A stretch of 64,000 bases of DNA. Origin: Nitrosopumilaceae archaeon. Its GTDB lineage: Archaea; Thermoproteota; Nitrososphaeria; Nitrososphaerales; Nitrosopumilaceae. The stretch spans positions 672,001 through 736,000 of the forward strand of contig OZ242376.1 in assembly GCA_965209085.1 (NCBI GenBank), given 5' to 3'. Below, in pieces: positions 52,988-62,617 of this stretch (position 1 is its first letter; each line of letters begins with the position of its first letter). The notes under the pieces are model-generated. The model had not been told where the DNA came from. It did no database searches and saw only the letters and a program-made list of their open reading frames with translations. A program made the translations under genes and the position numbers.

Positions 52988-53035
52988 GGGTCTGCCAACA
53001 CTTCAAGTGCATCGGACTTGCATGTTTTCAGTCCA
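52988..53035 (-). repeat. Inverted partial copy of 51387-51438
   Basis: GGGTCTGCCAACACTTCAAGTGCATCGGACTTGC. Confidence 0.75.
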
Positions 53036-53046
53036 TTAAACGGACA

Positions 53047-54375
53047 TTATGCGGTAGGATCTGAGATTCGACCCATAAATAAAATGGTTTCAGTCTGATC
53101 ATCCCATATTGCAAATATAAACGGATGATCCGCTTTGAATATGATTGAGGAGAATCTCAAAACATCCTCCATCGCAGCAGGTGGATCCGCTGGAACGGTT
53201 CCTTTTTCATGCACGTTTAAAAATGCTCTGTGAATCATATCGTCGATGCTTAATTCAGGTGCAGGTGACATATTCAACATGTTGGAATTTTTTTTATCAA
53301 ATGCATCAGTTATTCCAAGTTTTTTTAATGATGATATTAACGATCCAGAATATTCTGTATCTAATTTGAATGTTGGTATGATCACTTGAATGCTGTTCTG
53401 TAGCTCTGTGCTATCTATCCACGCAACAAATATCTCTGCTGTAAGTCTTTCTTCAAGTTTAGCAATACCGTACCTCTCTTCGGGAAGAACTATTACCATA
53501 GACAGACGTTGCGGATCAGACTTGTACGGGAGTTTTAGTATTTGTACATTGTCGATTTGTCTGTATTGTACATTCTCAATTTGTCTGTATTGTGCACCAC
53601 CGGCACGCACCATCACGTTAGTTTTTACAGATTCAACATTGTTTATCCAAAAATCAACGTAGCCTATTCTATCTTCTGCTATGAATTCATCCATCCAGGA
53701 TCCATAAAAAAAAATCGTGTTGACAATCATGAAATTCAAATCAGGATCCGATAGTGTCGTATAGTTTACTATTTTAGGTATCTTTCCCCTTGTTGAATCA
53801 TTCATCCATTTGTTAATTTTATCAGAACTTTGTGCATTAAATGAACCAACGGTATTGTTGTAATGGACAGCCATCGTATCGGTGTATTCGGGGAGTATTG
53901 GAAAACTATCTCTAACCCACAGGGAGTTTTTTATGTCCAAATCATAATCTGAGTTTGGGTTTGTAAGGCTCTCCACTAGATCTATTATTTCATTTCTGCG
54001 TGAATTATCATCAGAAGATATGTCAAGTGCGTCTTCCATCTGCAATGCAGTATTGTTTCTTGTACCCTCGTATGCCATCATCATGCCTACAAATATGCTT
54101 GTGGGTGAAAAAAAGATATTTTTATTACCGTCGGATTCGAGCATTTTGTACAAATTTATGGCAAGTATATTGTTTGCTTTGGAAACAGATTGTTCTGTAT
54201 TGTTTGCTTTGGAGATATATTGTTCTATATTGTTTGTTTCAGAAACAGATTGTTCTGTATTATCTTCAAGCTGTAATTTTAAATCGTATTCTGATATTAG
54301 AAATACAAAACCAAATGCGGCCGATATGATAATCCCTACTATGATAATTGAGAGTTTATCGTACGTTGAGACCAT
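53047..54375 (-). CDS. Serpin with N-terminal membrane anchor (442 aa)
   Basis: KNIFFSPTSI, INKWMNDSTRGKI, VNTIFFYGSW, SMVIVLP, IPTFKL, FKADHPFIF...ILFMGRI. Confidence 0.92.
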   Translation of the reverse strand: MVSTYDKLSIIIVGIIISAAFGFVFLISEYDLKLQLEDNTEQSVSETNNIEQYISKANNTEQSVSKANNILAINLYKMLESDGNKNIFFSPTSIFVGMMMAYEGTRNNTALQMEDALDISSDDNSRRNEIIDLVESLTNPNSDYDLDIKNSLWVRDSFPILPEYTDTMAVHYNNTVGSFNAQSSDKINKWMNDSTRGKIPKIVNYTTLSDPDLNFMIVNTIFFYGSWMDEFIAEDRIGYVDFWINNVESVKTNVMVRAGGAQYRQIENVQYRQIDNVQILKLPYKSDPQRLSMVIVLPEERYGIAKLEERLTAEIFVAWIDSTELQNSIQVIIPTFKLDTEYSGSLISSLKKLGITDAFDKKNSNMLNMSPAPELSIDDMIHRAFLNVHEKGTVPADPPAAMEDVLRFSSIIFKADHPFIFAIWDDQTETILFMGRISDPTA

Positions 54376-55001
54376 TTTTTACGTTTTCCCATGCGCTGAA
54401 GAATTTATAATATGTATCTTCGTAATTACTATTTTGAGATGTAATAATAATATTTGAATTACAAAATGATGAATTACTGACATCTATAGTGTTGGTATCT
54501 TCGGGTGTAAATATACAAACAGAACCAACATGTACACCCACAAGTACGGCGCCATCCCCATGATAAACAATAGGAGCCCCATTATCGCCAATTCTAGATT
54601 TATAATTGTCAATTCCCATTTCAGTGTATGTTCCTTGAATACTATCTATTGTTACGTTTTTGAAAACAAGACTCCCATCATTATTATTATATTGACCGTA
54701 TATGTTAATCGTGGACAAAACTTCCACGTCAGATAAAGTGCCATGAGTTACAGTGAATATAGTACCGTTTAACATTCGTACGTGGTTTAATGGTGCAGTT
54801 GTGTCACTATTACTTGTCCGAATAAATGCCGCGTCATAATTTCCAATAGTACCAATTCCATTCAATGTGGAAAATACTACTGTATTATTTAAATCACCTA
54901 TATGTGGTAATGGAATTACGTGCGTTGGTTCGTAAAAGTTGCGTGATGCGTTTATGGTATGACCTGCCACTACAACACCATGATGGCCATTAGTGGTTGT
55001 A
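54356..55001 (-). pseudogene. 5'-truncated trypsin/chymotrypsin-like (S1) protease domain
   Basis: VVAGH, YDAAFI, GDNGAPIV, VGVHVG. Cut by the IS3 end at 55002. Confidence 0.65.
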
Positions 55002-55064
55002 TGGTGCGGACCCCTGTACAATGAGAACGTTTTTTGCATTAAAAATGATAGGATCGGAGGGCTT

Positions 55065-55883
55065 ATTTTATCATTGCCCTCCGTGCGAGACCAAATTCTG
55101 ATGGCACCACACATCCTATTGCAGTGTACCTGGTTCTGATTGTAATCCTCAAAGGCGTATGATATTGCATTCTCTGCGTCCTGGAACGGCTCAAAGTCGC
55201 GCGGCCAGACATACTCTTTCTTGAGATTCTTGTGGAAGGATTCCACATGAGCATTTTGCTCTGACGTGTGATAGTGGATGAATTCCTGCCTCACACCGTA
55301 TACTTTTACAGCCTTGTCAAATTGCGCTAAAATATACTGGGAGCCGTTGTCGGTTCTTAAAACAAGCTTTGAGCAGTCTGGTTTCTTGGATGCCAAAGCT
55401 TCAGTTAATGCTGCAATTGCACCGTCGGTAATAGCTCTTGACTCAAACGCATATCCGACCCATTCGCGGGTAAATGCAAAGGATGTTGAATAGGTAACAC
55501 CATCTGTCCTGACCGCACCAAATGTACGTCATGTCAGCTTTCCAGAGCTGATCCGGTCCTGCAGGTTTTAGGCGCTTCCTTGAGCGAATAATCTCTTTTT
55601 TGGGTTTTGCAGACACACTCCGGCCCAGATAATGGTATATTTTCTTCACTTTTTTGCAGTTTACTGGTTTGCCTGTAATACGGGACATGGTGGCAGCCAT
55701 TCTTCGTGTTCCATATGTGGGTCTGCTCTGAGCAACCTGTTGCACCATCTTTGAGATTTCCTTGTCGATTTGAATAATGCGTGGTTTTTTCGGAGCGTAC
55801 AGCATATTGTTTGATATTCCGGTATAACGTATGGATTTGCGTGTACTGAGGCCTTGTTTTTGCATGAGGGTCAATGCTTTCAT
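55065..55883 (-). pseudogene. IS3 orfB (rve integrase), frameshifted
   Basis: YGTRRM, WKADMTYI, RTDNGSQY, NAHVESFHKNLKKE split over frames. Confidence 0.8.
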
Positions 55884-56170
55884 TTTGTGCTCTCCTCTAA
55901 CGTTTTTTTTAAAGCATCATTGGCTATGGTTAGATCTCCAATGATTCTCTTCAACTTGTCCATCTCATGATCGTGCTTTTTACTCTCATTACGATTATAC
56001 GGTTTTTTTATGCCTGCCTTGCCACATTCAAAGAATATGTCCCTCCACCGGGTAAAGGATGCCGGATTTATGTTATGTTTGCGACACAGTTCTGCAGGAG
56101 TGATGTGCGTGTTTATTGACTCCATGACGATACGCACCTTTTCGTCTGGAGCATGATGTGGTCTTTTCAT
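55880..56170 (-). CDS. IS3 orfA (HTH)
   Basis: EKVRIVMES...AELCRKHNINPASFTRWRD...LKRIIGDLTIANDALKK. Confidence 0.85.
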   Translation of the reverse strand: MKRPHHAPDEKVRIVMESINTHITPAELCRKHNINPASFTRWRDIFFECGKAGIKKPYNRNESKKHDHEMDKLKRIIGDLTIANDALKKTLEESTK

Positions 56171-56171
56171 T

Positions 56172-56249
56172 AGACCTCATGCATAATCATTAAAATCAGT
56201 CATTTTTATTCGTAAAAATTGTGAATTTGGTCCATTATGCATGAAGTCT
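56172..56249. mobile_element. Empty 78-bp MITE between the RBS and start codon of IS3 orfA
   Basis: ATT|AGACCTCATGCATAAT...ATTATGCATGAAGTCT|ATT. Confidence 0.9.
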
Positions 56250-56322
56250 ATTGATGGATACCTCCAAGACTGGGTAAAATTTGTTTCACTTTGGGTGTTC
56301 TCATTTTATGGGGTCCACTCCA

Positions 56323-56590
56323 ATGCTTGATATCATATTTTGTATGCTAAAGGATAGGAGTGAATTTGAAATACATCATAGTTAAAGCAACAACCCGCGG
56401 GTTAGACTTTGGGGATGTTACCCCGGCTGCATAACTGCGGTAAGCTTTAACATGTAGATGAAGATGGTTGTGGGATTAAATCCTGAATGGATAGATGTCT
56501 TTTCATCTTTTGACTGGAAACAGACACATAGTGAAAGCCATACCGCATGACACAAAAAAGCAAGAAACCTTTAAAAAGTATTCACATGGA
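56323..56590 (+). mobile_element. IS110 family A copy 5, right end only
   Basis: MLDIIFCMLKDRSEFEIHHS* plus a complete right end, followed by TA-AACTCT (MITE tip). Confidence 0.88.
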
Positions 56591-56599
56591 TAAACTCTA

Positions 56600-57250
56600 T
56601 TATTCAAAGAGTTTATTCTTGCTAATCGTACTATCTTCGCCTATTAATCTATCACCATTTACTTTGTACATACCATACATGTCAGCCAAAGGCCACCATG
56701 CATCTGGAAAAATACGATGAGCTCTATCCACCATGATAAATACTTGATCTCCCTCATCATATAGTATCCTTGTAGAAGGAAATCTGCTTACAATCTCAAT
56801 TGTATCGTGTTCATATTCTTCTGTACCTCCTAGTATTTCATCAACATTGAGAAAATATTTAGTGTATGATAATTCACATCTAGATGTACAATTTTCTTTC
56901 GTGACTGTTCCTTTTTCCATCGAAGTTATTGTGCCGATCATTACGAGTTGTGCGTCATCTTTTATTTCATACGGATCTGTTGTAGTAAATGAACCAATAG
57001 ATACAATAGAGTTTGAATTAATTTCCGATGCATCAGTCAAATTCAATGCGTGTGGATTGTCACTTGAGGTTTCTGATTTTTTAGTATTTTTCAAATCATC
57101 ATTGTTCGTATGTATTTCCGAATTACTCGTATTCATGTTGTTGGCAGATACTAGTACATCATTACCAATTATGGTATCAGAACTGATAACAAAAACAACA
57201 GCTAGACCTGCAAACAATACGGTTAATGATAGTACAAGTTTTATATTCAT
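56600..57250 (-). CDS. Secreted or membrane-anchored hypothetical protein (216 aa)
   Basis: N-terminal hydrophobic segment, low-complexity linker and a beta-rich C-terminal domain. Confidence 0.65.
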   Translation of the reverse strand: MNIKLVLSLTVLFAGLAVVFVISSDTIIGNDVLVSANNMNTSNSEIHTNNDDLKNTKKSETSSDNPHALNLTDASEINSNSIVSIGSFTTTDPYEIKDDAQLVMIGTITSMEKGTVTKENCTSRCELSYTKYFLNVDEILGGTEEYEHDTIEIVSRFPSTRILYDEGDQVFIMVDRAHRIFPDAWWPLADMYGMYKVNGDRLIGEDSTISKNKLFE

Positions 57251-57360
57251 TAGTACAACCTCATTGCGATCTTACGATCATCTTCATCGATATATGTGTT
57301 ATTATCATTCAGGCTCTGTCCATGAATAAAATCAAAAACATACCATAAAGCTTTTAGATC

Positions 57361-58167
57361 ATGAACGTAAACAACCGAAAAAGCTTTGGATCAGTAGATC
57401 CGAGCCAATTTAATGAAATCAACAAAGCACAAACGACGAGGAAATCTTGCCAGATCATACCAAATGTTAACCTCGATTATAATGAAAGCAAAAAATCAAG
57501 TGATAAAGCCATGGAAACCAAGTCCGTTAGGACAAACCGGCTTTGACCACCTTGGGAATGACTGCGTGTATTGCCCTAAAAACAATGTAACAACTGTCAT
57601 ACGATGAACTCGTAGATTATCTTGAAGATTCACCACGTTTACTATCAATACTGGGCTTGAAAAGAGTGCCGTCAAGGTCGGCGTTGCAAGTAGCATCTAC
57701 TAGAATTGATGTACATTTCATCACATGAGTGATAAATTCTGCGAGCTGACCTGGAATGAAAGGTACGCTATACGGGGATTCTACAGGAATTGCAATAAAC
57801 GGGCATAACACATGGCTTGATGCAAAAAATGGATCAAGGTCCAGACGGGATTATCGCAAATTGCATATTGTAACTGCTGAAAACGGCATAATCATATCAT
57901 ATGATATTACCCATGCACGATGCCATGATGTACCAATATTTGAGCAAATATGTGGCACGCTGCCGCACGGTTCCGGCCACGTGATGCTTGATGCAGCATA
58001 TCTTTCACGTAATATATGCACGCTCATAGAAAAGATCGGACAAATTCCTGTAATAATGCCAAGAAAAGGTGTTCGCGTACGTGGATTTGACGCAATGGGA
58101 AAGATGCTTCGATGGCATCGTGATAATCCTGATGAATTTCGATCCACATACCACAAACGCAGCAACG
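57361..58167 (+). pseudogene. Degenerate IS5-family (DDE_Tnp_1) transposase truncated at IS110-B
   Basis: GDSTGI, YRKLHI, HDVP, LDAAY, YHKRSNV. Confidence 0.75.
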
Positions 58168-59145
58168 TAACCATATGTGCCCAAGAAATCAAGGAATTCA
58201 GATGGTTGCTTAAATGATAAATCCGTATCAGTCAACAAACGCAAGCCCAAAAACAAAGCTCAAAATGCAAACAAAAACACTAGGGTGTTTAAGAGCAAGT
58301 CCATGTTTGTTGGAATTGACGCCCATAAAGAATTTCTCCAGATAGCAGCAATTGACGGCAAAGGCAAACTGATCTTAAACACGCGTGTTGAAAACAGACA
58401 CGCGGACATTAGAAAGTTTTTCCAAACAAGCATACCCGAGGGTTTAAAGATGGTAATGGAGTCATCATCTGTCTGGTACGGACTGTTCCGATACATGACC
58501 GACAGACTGGATCTTGATGTGATTCTCTCAAACCCATATCAGACAAAGGCCATTGCCGCATCCACTAAAAAAACAGACAAAGTTGATGCGCAAATTTTGG
58601 CAAATTTGCTGCGAGGAGGATATATCAACGAGTGCCATGTTCCAGGTAAAAAGATTGTAGAGCAAAGACAACTGGTCCGATACAGGCACAAACTTGTACA
58701 GGCGAGAACAAATATGAAAAATTCCATACATGGAATACTGCTCCAAAAAGGAATTAAAATTCCAGGACGTACGTTTTCGTACAAATACATTGCAAGCCTT
58801 TAAGCCATAAACGACTATCGAATAGACGGTTTTCTTGCATCCATTGGCCTTTATGATAATCAGATACAAAAAGCCAATGTACTGATCTACAAGAGTGCAC
58901 GTACAAGCCGGTATGCCGATATACTCAAAACTGTCCCCGGAATTGCAGATTTTACGGCATTAACGATTGCATCTGAGATTGATAATGTTGAGAGATTCTC
59001 TGATCCTGAAAAGCTAAAATCATACGCAGGACTTGCACCATCGGTCCGCAATTCTGCCAATCTCGTACATCATGGACACATAACAAAAAGAGGAAGCAGA
59101 ATGCTCAGGTGGGTTCTAGTTGAGGCAATACACTCGCACGTACTA

Positions 59146-60255
59146 TACCTGCAAGCATAAATTCGTTTAAAAATCCACCATTACACAGTAGCAACGTTTT
59201 TTGATCACGACATCGGAACCAATTCATGCAAGTTAGCAATGAGGATCTCCTCCAGGCTTATAATGACTGCAAAGATTCTCGCGTAGAAACAAGACTGCAT
59301 GCGATGTGTCTGGTGCAAATACGCGGCTACGACATACAAGAAACCGCGGATCTCGTATTCCGAACGTACCAGTTTGTACACAAATGGCACGTTCGATACG
59401 AAAAATACGGACTCATAGGCCTGGAGGAAGGGTCCTGATGCGGACGACCGCCAAAGATTTCACCAAATATCATGATGCAGATAGAAAAAAAGTTTACAAA
59501 AATCGGAACCATTACGCTTCCAAAGCAGGTCCGTGATTACATTAAAAATATGACAGGAATAACATATCATATTACGCATATATGCAGACTGATGCGGGAA
59601 TGGAAACTAAAATCAAAGGTACCGCAAAAAATACACGCTAATGCCTGCATCATACGCTGAGTGTTATGCATGGTATAGGCGCATAATGTGCATTATTGCC
59701 CACGAAATGGCAAGAGGGACAAAGATCTTTGTCCAGGATGAGACCATAGTGAGCAGTGATGGTAAACCGACTAAAAAATACTGGTGTAATGAGAATGAAC
59801 GTCCCATCTATACATGGAAGGGGGATCGCAGAAAATTCATAACATACGGAATGATTTCAGTTTCAGGGGAGAAATTTTTTAGATCATACGACAAGTTTGA
59901 TGGTCTGACGTTTTTATGATACATAAAAGATGCAGTAGCAAAATACGGCAGAATACTGGTAATCGTAGACAGAGCCCGGCAGCATAAAACGATAAAGCTT
60001 GAAGAATACATCAAAGAGAACAAGGATAAGATTCAGATAGAACACCTCCCAAGAGCATCACCACAACACAACACCATGGAGACGATCTGGCTTGTCGCCA
60101 AGCAGGATATGGATCATTCAGAATATTATCCCCAACTTGAAGAGAAGAGGGTTAGGTTTATGGAATATCTGCGTACGAGAAAACTGCCGGGTAATGTCAT
60201 TGATTATTTTAAACCAGAGTGGGTTAATTTTTAAACGAATTTATGATCTGGGGTA
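59146..60255 (+). mobile_element. IS630-family element, degenerate
   Basis: TA duplication and TIRs TACCTGCAAGCATAAATTCGTTTAAAA / TTTTAAACGAATTTATGATCTGGGGTA. QDET, DRARQH and SPQHNTMETIW motifs with internal stops. Confidence 0.88.
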
Positions 60256-60410
60256 TACATGCACCAAAAAGTGACATTTCAATATTTTACAAGCGGCTTG
60301 CAAGAAAGAGAGGAAACTCCAAGGCTGCAGTTGCAGCAGCTGGAAAAATGCTAAAGGTGATTTACTGGTTACTAAAGGAGAATCGGGATTTTGAACAAAA
60401 TTACAGTTAG

Positions 60411-60615
60411 TTGCACGACCGCGGCGCAGTATATGGAGATAGTGCTCCGAGATTGTAACTGCGGTAAGCTCTAACAAGTGGATGAAGATGGTTGTGGGGA
60501 TAATGCCCCGAATGGATATATGTCTCTCATTCTTTAATTGGAAAAATAGCCCCTAGTGGATACTGTACAAAAATATGGAAAAACGCAAGGAATACTTAAA
60601 AAAGAGGCACATGGA
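60411..60615 (+). ncRNA. Predicted bridge/seek RNA of IS110-B
   Basis: Same scaffold as family A with compensatory changes (GGAG/CTCC for GGGG/CCCC). Identical donor guides, different target guides (GCAGTATAT / GAGATTGTA). Confidence 0.7.
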
Positions 60616-60617
60616 TA

Positions 60618-61733
60618 TACTGCGGATCAAAAGTAACTGCAATCTACAGCTTTTCTCATAACAAAATCCATTATTGATACTTTGAATCGTACAGTTCTAA
60701 AATATTCTGAAATTGTATATTTCATATTCTCAAATGTTTCATAATATTCAGTGACGGCCAACGCACGTTTGGCCTGATACCAACATTCTTCAACGGCACT
60801 CAGAAACGGTGAACTTGTAGGGAAAAACAAAAGCTTTACCTCATCTTTATTCTCAGATATATATTTTTTAATAATTTTGGATTTTCTGTGTTGTGCAGCT
60901 CTATCCGTAATTATGCAAATTTTTCCAAATTTTTGATGAGCCATTTTTAAAAACTTGAGAAATGATTTTGCATCAAACAAATCATAGCTTGCAAACATCT
61001 GCCTGCCATCAGATAAGAATAATCCAAAGACAACAACTTTTTTGTGAAAACCTGTGGATTTTACGTAACAATTTTTGCTTATTTCAATCCAGAGTTTCTT
61101 GCCGGATAATGAATCGTATTTTATTATACATTCATCCTGAACGCCTACTGCAAATCCACGCTCTTCAAGTAGGCGTATTTGACGCCTAGTGTTTTGCGAC
61201 CAGTTGTAGCAGACTGATGCCGGCGCTGCATTGACATGAATTCTTTTTGGAGCCTTGCTGACAAATGAGAATTTGTGAAGTCTTTTTCTGATGTTTGATA
61301 TGTGATATTTTACTTCGGTTTTGCGTTTAATGTTGTGCATTACCTGTTTTGGATCAACTGAACCGTTCTCTCGTCTTGTCATGTCAATAATTTTTTTAAA
61401 TCGTATATTTGATAATAATAAAGGCCTGCCCGATTTGGGCAGGGTTTTAAGACCGTCTAATCCAAGCTCGTCATATCGTTGCATGCATTCTTTGCCCCAG
61501 TTGTAGCTTTTCATCAATAATTCAGAAGCTTTAGCTATGGATATGTTTTGGTATTTGACCATGCTTACAAGATATATTTTTGATATCTCTTTTCTGTCTT
61601 TGACATGCCTGCTTGCATTATACAGTTCCTGATGTTCTTTGTTCATGATTGATTCATACCCGAGGTGATCCAAATATCTTGCGGTTACATTGTGTCTAGA
61701 GTCATAAATTGCAGTTACTTTTGCGTGTCAGTA
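60618..61733 (-). mobile_element. IS630-family element, intact
   Basis: TA flanks and TIRs TACTGCGGATCAAAAGTAACTGCAAT / ATTGCAGTTACTTTTGCGTGTCAGTA. Confidence 0.9.
60627..61673 (-). CDS. IS630 transposase
   Basis: KSGRP, VQDEC, TDRAAQH, SPFLSAVEECW. Confidence 0.9.
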   Translation of the reverse strand: MDHLGYESIMNKEHQELYNASRHVKDRKEISKIYLVSMVKYQNISIAKASELLMKSYNWGKECMQRYDELGLDGLKTLPKSGRPLLLSNIRFKKIIDMTRRENGSVDPKQVMHNIKRKTEVKYHISNIRKRLHKFSFVSKAPKRIHVNAAPASVCYNWSQNTRRQIRLLEERGFAVGVQDECIIKYDSLSGKKLWIEISKNCYVKSTGFHKKVVVFGLFLSDGRQMFASYDLFDAKSFLKFLKMAHQKFGKICIITDRAAQHRKSKIIKKYISENKDEVKLLFFPTSSPFLSAVEECWYQAKRALAVTEYYETFENMKYTISEYFRTVRFKVSIMDFVMRKAVDCSYF

Positions 61734-61746
61734 TAGTACGCAGGAT

Positions 61747-62028
61747 TTGGCACCTCCTGTACTAGTATCTGCCATTTCAACAACCACAACTGAAATAATC
61801 CTCACGTTTAGCGAACCGATAACTGAGCAATCTGGCAATGAGATAAACTATGCAATAACAGGAGCAGAGATCCGGGACATTACAAAGATCGGCTCAAATA
61901 CTGTGTTAATATCTGCAAGCCCGTTCATTATTGCAATAGTTCAGACTGCCCCCCTCTCAAACATACAGGACTTTTCTGGCAACACCGCAGAAAGAGGGTT
62001 AGACCAGAACGTCTTTAAAAGTGGTTAA
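61747..62028 (+). pseudogene. Single Ig-like domain remnant of a truncated surface protein
   Basis: DLAPPVLVSA...IILTFSEPI...IQDFSGN, directly after the IS630 end. Confidence 0.5.
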
Positions 62029-62617
62029 AGATAACCCATGTATGAGATCCGCACCTCGTGCTAATTTGTGCCTACATCTTCATTTATTGCATAAATTCTA
62101 GGCATGATGTGACCTCATACTAACACATCATCTAGTAGTAAAACTACACCCGTATGGAACTGCATCTAAAAAATCTCATACTGTAAGAAAAACTATACCT
62201 GAATTGCTTGCATCAAAAACGATCAAGATAAACGCATACGATACACGTAGTTTTTTGCAGCAATATGGGGGGCTCTAATGGAGCGCAGATTGTCGATTCA
62301 AAAGATACCGTTACAATCCTGCCTGAAATTAAACGCCAACCAAAATTCCTCGCATTTTGTAAAACCTGTAAAACACATCCGTAAACCCTGTAAATCCGGC
62401 ATAAAAAACAAAAGATTTGATCTGCAAACCGTAGATTCACTCTATAATTTTGATCGCAAACTCTTCAAAAAACTCTCAATTACACACTAGAGAATTCACA
62501 TTTTACCTGACTGCGTATTTTCCAAAGCCGTGTGCAAATAACAGCCAACATTTTGTCGCCAATAGTCAAAAAATATTGTTTATCATAGTCTATGATACGG
62601 TACATCGTATACAATAC

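Larger units (their letters stand above)
55002..56322 (-). mobile_element. IS3-family element with degenerate orfB
   Basis: TG...CA TIRs TGGTGCGGACCCCTGTACAATGAGAAC / GTTCTCATTTTATGGGGTCCACTCCA. No TSD, and the two flanks are unrelated. Confidence 0.85.
58170..60615 (+). mobile_element. IS110 family B element (premature stop, interrupted by IS630)
   Basis: TA-ACCATATGTG ... GGCACATGGA-TA. ORF 58177-58803 has GIDAHK, MESS, KTDKVD and continues past a stop to ~60410. Confidence 0.9.

Noticed and set aside
54356-55396. 346-aa integrase-protease fusion ORF
   Set aside because: An accidental read-through from frameshifted IS3 orfB across the TIR into the truncated protease.
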